From Fonticula alba ATCC 38817 (lineage: Eukaryota > Protista > Nucleariida), in NCBI GenBank assembly GCA_000388065.2, contig KB932202.1: a DNA stretch of 10,589 nt; one strand, given 5' to 3'. The notes under the pieces were generated by a model. That model searched no databases. It was not told where the DNA came from and saw only the letters and a list, made by a program, of their open reading frames with translations. The position numbers were made by a program, and so were the translations under genes. This document shows, in pieces, positions 1 through 8,298 of this stretch. Each line of letters opens with the position of its first letter. The stretch's first letter is position 1.

Positions 1-432
1 CGCACCCCGGGGGTGGATTCAGGTGGCCCCGCCCGACGCGCTCAGTCCAGGCTTCCGACCCCGGGCTGGATGGGGGGCGTTGGTCGGTGGGCTGTGGGCC
101 GCCTCGCTTGGGACCGGCTCGCCACCGGTGTGCCGGAGCCGGTGCGTTGGGTCGGCTCGCGGGGCAGTCCGTTCTCCCCCCCTCCCCCCCCCCTGATGCG
201 CGGACCTTCCCCTCGGCCCGCCCCTTGCCAAGAAGCATGGGCAACACGGCGCACGAGCGCTCTCACTCACCTCCACGCCCACACATGCGCCCTTGGACAT
301 GCGCGCGTATGTGTGTCCGCCGCCCGGGACTCAGGAGGCCAGGGGGCTCCTGTGAGACCAGTCTGCCGGAGAGGGCCGGGGAACCCTGGAGGAAGGGTGC
401 CGCCGGGTCGGGCGGGCCGGCGGGCGGGCCGA

Positions 433-671
433 GGGGGGGGGGGGAGGGGGGTAAGAAAGTGTTTGGGGGGGTGTCGCGCGGGAGGAATGCGCTGGTGGGA
501 ACCTGGCAAAGGAGACATCTGGCCGGGGGACGGGCGGCCTTTGGCCGACGCGGGCGGGGCGGGGCGGGGGGGGGGGGTTCACAGGGGGGGGGGGGGGCGG
601 GGGGGCCCCGGGGGGGGGGGGGGGGGGCGAAAAACCGGGACACAAGGGGGGGACATGGGGGTGGGGGGGGG
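433..671 (+). repeat. Dense poly-G tract cluster with G-quadruplex potential
   Basis: G12 (433-444), GGGCGGGGCGGGGC leading into G12 (566-577), G14 (584-597), G7, G18 (610-627), G7, G5 and G9 (663-671). This far exceeds the G3+N1-7 x4 pattern. Confidence 0.9.
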
Positions 672-1124
672 CCCCGCCGGCACATTGATGAACCCCATTC
701 TTTGGCGAAGGAGAGGGCCCGAGCCGGCCGGCAGGGGTGGGGGGAGGAGGCGCGACCGGGCAACATCGACCCACCCTCCGGAAGGGGAGGAAGCCCCGTC
801 CGGGCCTCGCGACCGGGGCACGTTGTTTGGGCCTCGCGTGAATGAGCCGGGCCGGCGGTGCGTGCGGCTTCCGGCCGGCGGCGGGGCCCGCATGCTCGGT
901 GCCCGCCGCGGTGCATGGTCCTCCGACTATGGAAAGGCGCGGGTGCCGGCCGGAAGGAGACAATGGCGCCGGCCGCCGGTGCCCGAGCATCTAGACCGCC
1001 CCGCCCAGCCGCGTACAGCGTTGGTAGTTCCCGAGGCGTGGGGTCGGACGAACACCCTCGCAATTGACTTCTCGCTCGAGTATCGTACTTGGCCGGGCGT
1101 GTGTGCCGGTGGGTGGCGGGGCTC

Positions 1125-1171
1125 GGGGGAGGGGGGGGGGGGGGGCGGGAACGGGGGGCACGGGGGGCGGC
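1125..1171 (+). repeat. G-run cluster abutting a gap
   Basis: G5-A-G15 (1131-1145) followed by further G3-G6 runs up to the N gap. Confidence 0.85.
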
Positions 1172-1480
1172 NNNNNNNNNNNNNNNNNNNNNNNNNNNNN
1201 NNNNNNNNNNNNNNNNNNNNNNNNNNNNNNNNNNNNNNNNNNNNNNNNNNNNNNNNNNNNNNNNNNNNNNNNNNNNNNNNNNNNNNNNNNNNNNNNNNNN
1301 NNNNNNNNNNNNNNNNNNNNNNNNNNNNNNNNNNNNNNNNNNNNNNNNNNNNNNNNNNNNNNNNNNNNNNNNNNNNNNNNNNNNNNNNNNNNNNNNNNNN
1401 NNNNNNNNNNNNNNNNNNNNNNNNNNNNNNNNNNNNNNNNNNNNNNNNNNNNNNNNNNNNNNNNNNNNNNNNNNNNNNNN
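1172..1480. other. Assembly gap (309 N)
   Basis: Run of N. Confidence 1.
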
Positions 1481-1703
1481 GCCCAGACGCCTGTTTGCGG
1501 GGGCCGGGGCCGGTTCGCCCGCCCGGGTGGGGTGGGGGCCGGGCACGAGGGAGGAGCCCGATCGGCCGCCGGCCGGGGGAAAGGGGCGGCGCCGCGGTGA
1601 CATGCCCCCTCGTTAATGGGCGGTTCTCCCCGGGCGAGGAAAACCGCTCCGGGGGGGAGGGGGGGAGGCGACACGCGTCGGGCATCGTGCGAGGGCTCTC
1701 TCC

Positions 1704-1770
1704 GCATGCATGTTAACACACACGCACACGCGCACACACACCCGGGCTCAGGCGGGGGGGGGGGGGGGGG
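1704..1770 (+). repeat. GCATGC plus CA/CG alternating tract, followed by G17
   Basis: gcatgcatgt (1704-1713), acacacacgcacacgcgcacacacac (1716-1741), G17 (1754-1770). Confidence 0.85.
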
Positions 1771-1871
1771 CTGGCGCCACCTGAGCAAGCCAGGTCGTGT
1801 TGGATCCGGCGCCTGCGGGCCGGATGTATGCCTGCACAGCCGTGCGAGCGGATAAACGAGAGCCGGGCCGG

Positions 1872-1923
1872 CGCGGCCGGCCAATGGCCGCGTCGGGGCC
1901 GCGGCGTCCCCGGAGGATATTAA
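1872..1923 (+). promoter_or_regulatory. Candidate Pol II promoter elements: CCAAT box plus TATA-like TATTAA
   Basis: GGCCAATGG with CCAAT at 1881-1885, and GATATTAA with TATTAA at 1918-1923 about 35 nt downstream. Motif match only. Confidence 0.25.
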
Positions 1924-2638
1924 CTTGGCGACGGCGCACACGCGACTCGCCCGGGCGGGGGCAAGGAGAGTCGCCGAGTCTGCGGGGCAAGGGCGCTGGC
2001 GTACGAAAAGGGCAAGCAGTCGTGTGGGATGGGCCCAGGGTGCCTGGTGGCCTTCTCGCAGGGCAGTCGAGGGCGAGCACCGGACCCCGGCGCCCCAACA
2101 GGGGCCGGAACACCGGACGGAGGGATCGGAAAAGATGCGGCTCCCGCGCGCTCGCGCCTCCTGCCCCCGCCGCCCCCTTCACTCTGACGCACGCGCCTGG
2201 GCAGTTCCGTTGGGGCTGGGCCCGACAGGACGGCCGCCTGCTCACCCCGGGCTGCGCGACTCATGAGCCCGGCCGGCCCCCGACAACACATTCGCCAGGG
2301 GACACATGCCCGGGAGCGGAACGGTCGAGTAACGTCCGCGCCGAGGACGCCCGACCAGGCGGCGTGCATGGGCACCCTGGTTTAAAGAGCATCGCAGAGA
2401 GGGGGGGGGGGGCGGACCGGCCTGCCCGAGGCTGGCCCCCCGGCGGGCGGGCGGACGGGCGAGGACTTGTCGGGTGCTTTCCCCCTCCCCCGGACCGGCG
2501 GCCCGACGCCACAGGACCCCCCCTTCGGACGTTCGGGCGCCGGCTCCCCGGGGAAGTTCGGCCGCGGGCAGGGCCGGCAGCAATGCAGCCACAAGCGGAC
2601 AAGCGTGCCTGCAGGACCCCGGCGAGGCTGGCGCCCTT

Positions 2639-2644
2639 TTTATT
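2639..2644 (-). terminator. Candidate AATAAA polyadenylation signal
   Basis: TTTATT on + gives AATAAA on -. A GU-rich stretch (CTTGTCCGCTTGTGGCTG) follows about 35-50 nt downstream on the - strand. Confidence 0.2.
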
Positions 2645-3729
2645 CTTCAGGGCATTGGGCCCCAGGGAGTGAGGCGTCCCGGTTGTGCTGGGCGCATCAG
2701 CGGCCGAGGCGGCATGCCTGCCGGGCGGCGAGCAGCGGGCCAGAGGGCATTCGGCCCCCGCCCCCCTCCCCCCCGATGACAGTGTGAGGGTGCTCTGGCG
2801 GAGACTTGCGCCGGGGCGCCTCTTCGGCTGGACGCCGAGGGGGTTGCATCCGGGGGGGGGGGGGGATCATGCACGGTGGTCCTCCGGCCCCAGACTCGCA
2901 GGCTCATCTAGCCATCTGGCTGGCAGGATGGCGCGTTCCAGAGAATTCGGTTTTACCCTGCCTCCAGTGCTCCGCAACCGGGCCTCAGCTCCAGGCACCG
3001 GCGCCGGGCTGGAGGCAGCAGGAATGCTGCCCTGCCTGTCGCCGAAGCCCGGGGCCGATATCCTCCCGGCCGGGGGACAGCCCCCTCTGGCCCGGGGGGG
3101 CCGGGGGCCTGGCGGACGAGCGCCGCAGAGGCCCAGCGGGGGAGGGGGGAACACCCAAGGCAGGCGTCCAGAGTGGAGGAAAGCGAGGCAAGGCCAAAGC
3201 GTCAGCCAGCCAGATGGATGCCGACAGACGTACGCACCTACACAAGGGCAGGGGAAGCCCACGGCCATAAAGTTGCTCCTCCATGAGGGGGGAGCCGCTC
3301 GTGCCAGGGGCAATGAGGAAGAGGGCGGCCAGGCCATCCCATCGAGGAGCCTTTGGGAAAAATCCGGCCACCACAGCCCTCCCCCCCTGCGGTGGGGGGC
3401 CTGACTGAGGGATGGGGCGGGGGGCGGGGGAGAAGGGGACGAGTCCACACACCCGGCCCGGCGCCGGAACCCGGTGACCAGGACCGGCGCCACACGCAGT
3501 GCCGGGGAACGGGCCCGCCGCGGGCTGGCCGTCGCCGCCAAGAGGGCGAGGCTGCCCGAGTCGGACGTGCATCCCCGGGCGTCCCGCCGGCCCCGGGGTC
3601 CGGCCTGGCCCGGCCGAGCCTCGGCCGGTTCCCACCACCCGGAGTGAAAGGGGCAGGGGGGGCGGGAGGAAACCCGGGTCCGGCCGCGAGGCCGGGCCGG
3701 AGAAGATGCGTCCCCCGGAGGAGGCAGCA

Positions 3730-3835
3730 GCATGCGCGCCAAAGAAGGGGAGACTCCCACCGCATGCGCTGCGCGAGGTTGGGGGCGGCGGCCGGGGGCC
3801 GTTACTTTTTCCCGAGCCATGGCCAATCGGAGGCG
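3730..3835. promoter_or_regulatory. Promoter-like motif cluster: two GCATGCGC, a GC box and a CCAAT box
   Basis: GCATGCGC at 3730 and 3762, GGGGGCGG at 3781, GGCCAATCGG at 3821-3830 (good fit to the NF-Y RRCCAATSR consensus). Confidence 0.3.
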
Positions 3836-3935
3836 GCGGCCGAGAGACCGCGCACGAGGGGGCCCGGCCGCAAGCCAGAGAAGACTGGTGCCCCCGAAGG
3901 GCCGACCAGGCCAGCCCTCTCTTTTCGGTTGGCGT

Positions 3936-3955
3936 GGCCGGCCGGCCGGCCGGCC
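3936..3955. repeat. (GGCC)5 self-complementary tetranucleotide repeat
   Basis: Perfect 20-bp palindrome ggccggccggccggccggcc. Confidence 0.95.
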
Positions 3956-4317
3956 GGCGGTGGTGGGGAAACAGCTCGAAAAACGGTGATTAATTTATCC
4001 GCCGTAATACTTGCGGTTGGGGCCAGCGCGTCGGTGCCCAGGTGGAGGGGGCATTTGGCGAGGGGATTCTTTATTTACCCCCTCTCGCCCGCCCCTCTGT
4101 CGAGTGCCTCCTCTCCTGGGGCGCGGCGGTCGCGCATGCGTGCGTGCGCGCCCTCGCGTGCTTGCCCCTCCCGAGGTCCGGCGATGGTCGGTTACGCTGG
4201 GGGAGTTTGTCAGCCAGCTGTTCGCCCGGCTAATGACCACCGCGTCCAAACACCTCGGGCGCCCTCTCGTCGGTCAGGGCCCAGGAAACGGCTAGGCCAT
4301 TCCTCGCCCGCTCTTGT

Positions 4318-4343
4318 CCCCCCCCCCCCCCCCCCGCCGCCAG
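4318..4343 (+). other. C18 tract ending in a splice-acceptor-like CAG
   Basis: C18 (4318-4335) then gccgcCAG, with AG at 4342-4343. Confidence 0.3.
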
Positions 4344-4524
4344 CTACCCCGGCCGGAGCCCCAGTCAGGCTTGTTAGGTGTGTGCTTTCTTGGCCCCCCT
4401 CGCCCCTCCCCCCGGCTGCCATCCGGTCGCCCTCCGCGTGTCTGTCTCTCTTTGTCCCTTTCTCTCCCTGGCGCTGTCTGCCATGGCGTTCGAACGGTAG
4501 CAGGAGGCCTGTCTCAAAGCGCCG

Positions 4525-4539
4525 ACACACACACACACA
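4525..4539 (+). repeat. (AC)7 microsatellite
   Basis: acacacacacacaca. Confidence 0.9.
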
Positions 4540-5366
4540 TGCAGCTGGTGAGTGGTGCGGCCAGGACGCCGGGCTGCAAGGCCAGGCGCGCCCGGCGGTT
4601 GCCTACCCGGCTCGGGCCACGGCGTTAGCATTCACGTGCTCACGAACAGCAACCTGACGCCGAACGGTACATGGCGTCCCGGGGCCCGGAGCACCGCGTG
4701 CCCCGGGGCGAAGGGAGCTGAGCCGACTGGGCACCGACCCCGAGAGGGGAGAGGTCGGGGGGGGGCGGGCCGGGCCTGGGGCCCGGACCCAGGCCCTAGG
4801 CGGGGCTATCGGCATCGTGTCGCGCAGTACACACGCCTTGGGGGGCGGGGCCGGGCTGGGCCGGAGCCGGGCCGAGCCGCGTCGGGTGGGGGGGGGGGGG
4901 TGCTTTTTCCGCCGGCTAGAGGTCCGGCACCCGCCCGAGAAGCAGGCATTCGCGCAGACGCGCTGCCGAACGGAGAGAGGTTGCTTCCACTGTTTCAGTG
5001 GGCCGAAATTAATGATGGACCACGGCCGGCGTGTGACTCCGGCCGGCTCCCGCGCCAAGAAGCGAGGGGCCTTTTCTTCGGGCCCGGGGCTGGGTATTCG
5101 GTTCGACGGAGCCCGGCGCCCGGCCCCCCGCCCCCCGGGCTCATTGAATCTTCCTCGAATTGACTTGATTAGCGGAAGGCGAGTGCCCGCGGCGTCCGGT
5201 GGCGCGGGCAACCGACGCGTCGCGAGCACAGTCGGTTGGATGCATGCATATTGTGGTCTGGAGTTCCTCACCCGGCGCCCAGGCGCGGAGGTCGCCTGTC
5301 CGTGGCACGTCTGATTCGGCCTGCGGGGGCGGGCGTTTTGCCGGCTGGCCGGGGTCTGGCACCACC

Positions 5367-5436
5367 GCATGCGCGCACGCTCGCACGCACGCACGCTCGC
5401 ACGCACACACACACACCCACACCCACACACACACAC
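5367..5436 (+). repeat. Compound microsatellite: (CGCA)n grading into (CA)n and (CACCCA)2
   Basis: gcatgcgcgcacgctcgcacgcacgcacgctcgcacgcacacacacacacccacacccacacacacacac. Confidence 0.9.
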
Positions 5437-6442
5437 CCCGCGTACTCCCTCACATACGCTCCTGGCCCGGCTCTCGCGCACATTTCCCCCCCCGCCCTCG
5501 CGCTGGGAGACATACTTCCATGGACGGGCGCCGGGCGCTGGACTCCCGGGCTGCCCTGTCCAGGCGGCATGCCGCCGGAGGCGGGGGGCGGCGGCGGCCG
5601 CGGCGGCGCGGCGTCCCGGCTGCCTCTGACCGGATCCGGAGAAAAAGGGGGCCCGGCTGGCCCCCAGAATATGGTGAACGAGTCGGCGCCTGTCGGACGG
5701 GGATGTACGTGTGAGAGTGTCTCATCGCGCGGCTTATTCAGTCATCAGGAGTTGCTCTTGGGCGACTTGCCGCGCACACTCGCCGTGAGTTTTCTTGTGG
5801 CCGATTCCCGCGCTGTCCTCCCTTTGTGGCCTGTTGCATTGTCCGGCCTCCCCCTGCCCAAGTTTCCCCCTGCGGGGCTGGTGGCCAACGGGCGGCGGGC
5901 GGGGCGGGGAGGGCCTGTTTCTTCCCTCTCATGCCCCGCCCCGCCCCGCCCGCCCGCTCGCCCGGTCGGCGACCAGCCGGCATGCTGCCCAGCCGCCGCG
6001 GCCGCCGACGAGGGCCTCCCCGGCCCCTCTGCCTTCCCGGGCTGTCGGCTCCCCTTGTCCGAGGCTCGGTGTTCGTCCGGCTTCCAGCCGCCGTCGAGTG
6101 GCGGCGCATTTCTGCCTGCTGGGCGGGGGCGACGCGAGCACGGGGGGCCGAGGCATGCTCGCGTCGCCCGGGGAGCCCATCGGCCCTCAGCGTGACGAGG
6201 CTGCCCCCAGGATGAGGGAGCGGCGAGGGGCCAGCCGGCCCGAAGCCAGGCGTGGAATGCTTGCCGCGGATGCTCCCCCCTTGGTGTGGTCACGGCCCGG
6301 GTGTATCCATCGCGTCGCGCTCAGCAGAGCGTAGCACCCACACGCGATAAATCGCCGCCGGGCGCCGGCTGCCTAGGCGGCGGGCGGTTGCTCTCCCTGG
6401 CGGGGCGGCCCCCGCACGGCTGCCTGGCAGTGCGCGGGTGAC

Positions 6443-6545
6443 TTTGTTTTTTTTCCCCCCCCCCCCCCGCCGCACTTGGACTGCATGTCTCATCGCCGCC
6501 CCCGCTCCCCGCCCCCCCCCCCGCTCCCCGCCCCCTTCACTTCAG
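6443..6545 (+). other. Long pyrimidine-rich tract ending in a splice-acceptor-like TTCAG
   Basis: T8, C14 (6455-6468), C11 (6512-6522) and a duplicated CCGCTCCCCGCCCCC, ending ccccttcacttcAG with AG at 6544-6545. Confidence 0.35.
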
Positions 6546-7000
6546 CTAGTTTTTCGGCGAGAGCATGCTTCGGTGTGTGGCGATCTGGGCAGTGCTGTTT
6601 TTCTCCTTCCGTCCTGGCGTTTTGGAGATGCCTTCCATGCTGGCGGGTTTTCCTGCCACGGACTCCCCCATGGGAGAAGGCGGGGGGCCGAGGAAGCGGA
6701 GCTCCGCGCACTCGCAGTGCCCGCGAGGTCCTCGAAGCCCCCGCCACACCGGGCCCCCGACGGCTCGTCACCGCCAATTGAAACTCCCCCGGCCGTGATG
6801 ATGGGAACCCGAGATGTCCTCAAAACAGGCCTCCCCCGCTGTGGCGTCCTGGCGCGCCGGACCCGGGTCCACACTCGGCCCCAGGGCCGGCCGTGCGCAG
6901 GGAGGCCTTCCGAATAACGGTTTCAGCATCACGGCGTGCCATCTGTCTCTCCGCCCCACCCGCCTGGCAGTGTCGCCCTCCGGCCCGTGCCCCCCCCCCC

Positions 7001-7175
7001 NNNNNNNNNNNNNNNNNNNNNNNNNNNNNNNNNNNNNNNNNNNNNNNNNNNNNNNNNNNNNNNNNNNNNNNNNNNNNNNNNNNNNNNNNNNNNNNNNNNN
7101 NNNNNNNNNNNNNNNNNNNNNNNNNNNNNNNNNNNNNNNNNNNNNNNNNNNNNNNNNNNNNNNNNNNNNNNNNNN
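7001..7175. other. Assembly gap (175 N) flanked by C runs on both sides
   Basis: C11 (6990-7000) to the left and C5 (7176-7180) to the right. Confidence 1.
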
Positions 7176-7657
7176 CCCCCGCGTGCTGGCCTGTGTACTG
7201 GCCCCACGGCCGGGGCGAGGGAAGCCTGCCCCCAGCGCACGGCAGGGGGCCCGATGCCGGTCTCCGGGGCCGCTGGGACAGCAAGGGGGTCACTTGGGGG
7301 AGGGGGGGGGGGGTGCCGTTCATCGGCGCGCACGCGCGCCCGCCGGCCGTCCCTTGTATCCGCTTTTCGTACACTCACACACCCGGGGCGCCTCGAAGGG
7401 TGTGTCCACCCACCTCGCCCCTGCACCCAGCCCCCGATAGTCCTTCCTCTCATGCCTCTCATGCCTGGGGGCTTGCCCCCTCCGGGCGGACCTGGCCAAG
7501 GGGCAGGCCGGGTGTGAGTGTGAGAGCGGGCAGTCGTAGGGCAGCCGCCGGCGCGAGGCCTGCGGCCGGATACTCGCGCCGGCGGCCGAGCCCGGCTGAG
7601 GAAACACCAAGGGACCGGAAGGGGATCGCCCCGGAGGCGACCACACCGACACGCGCG

Positions 7658-7712
7658 CACCCACACCCACGCCCACACCCACACCCACACCCACACCCAC
7701 ACCCACACCCAC
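7658..7712 (+). repeat. (CACCCA)9 hexanucleotide repeat, truncated by the gap; (TGGGTG)n on the - strand is G4-capable
   Basis: Nine units with one CGCCCA variant, running into N at 7713. Confidence 0.95.
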
Positions 7713-8298
7713 NNNNNNNNNNNNNNNNNNNNNNNNNNNNNNNNNNNNNNNNNNNNNNNNNNNNNNNNNNNNNNNNNNNNNNNNNNNNNNNNNNNNNNNN
7801 NNNNNNNNNNNNNNNNNNNNNNNNNNNNNNNNNNNNNNNNNNNNNNNNNNNNNNNNNNNNNNNNNNNNNNNNNNNNNNNNNNNNNNNNNNNNNNNNNNNN
7901 NNNNNNNNNNNNNNNNNNNNNNNNNNNNNNNNNNNNNNNNNNNNNNNNNNNNNNNNNNNNNNNNNNNNNNNNNNNNNNNNNNNNNNNNNNNNNNNNNNNN
8001 NNNNNNNNNNNNNNNNNNNNNNNNNNNNNNNNNNNNNNNNNNNNNNNNNNNNNNNNNNNNNNNNNNNNNNNNNNNNNNNNNNNNNNNNNNNNNNNNNNNN
8101 NNNNNNNNNNNNNNNNNNNNNNNNNNNNNNNNNNNNNNNNNNNNNNNNNNNNNNNNNNNNNNNNNNNNNNNNNNNNNNNNNNNNNNNNNNNNNNNNNNNN
8201 NNNNNNNNNNNNNNNNNNNNNNNNNNNNNNNNNNNNNNNNNNNNNNNNNNNNNNNNNNNNNNNNNNNNNNNNNNNNNNNNNNNNNNNNNNNNNNNNNC
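7713..8298. other. Assembly gap (586 N)
   Basis: Run of N flanked by (CACCCA)n and C9. Confidence 1.

Noticed and set aside
280-315. 11-bp hairpin CACACATGCGC / GCGTATGTGTG with one G-T pair
   Set aside because: It is built from alternating purine-pyrimidine simple sequence, which self-pairs readily, and is too short for a pre-miRNA.
13-1941. Long ORFs 13..1716 (+), 263..1603 (-), 927..1685 (-) and 991..1941 (-)
   Set aside because: They read through the 309-N gap, consist of poly-Gly/Pro/Arg from homopolymers, overlap in several frames and show no domain.
3262-3310. AIKLLLHEGGA resembling the ankyrin motif VKLLLEHGA
   Set aside because: Single partial match, with no TPLH motif and no neighbouring repeats.
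4487-4496. CGTTCGAACG palindrome, and GGTTCGAC at about 5100, as a tRNA T-loop or Pol III B box
   Set aside because: Neither fits GWTCRANNC, and there is no T-arm stem or upstream A box.
5209-5238. 8-bp stem CAACCGAC / GTCGGTTG, and similar stems near 4680-4706 and 4986-5000
   Set aside because: Several stems of this length are expected by chance in 9.5 kb at this GC content.
5700-5750. CTGATGA on the - strand as a hammerhead core or snoRNA C box
   Set aside because: There is no stem II plus GAAA, and the CTGA that follows is directly adjacent with no guide region or terminal stem.
6422-6972. 11-nt direct repeat GCCTGGCAGTG at 6422 and 6962, each upstream of a C run
   Set aside because: Many 11-mer matches are expected by chance at this composition, and the similarity does not extend.
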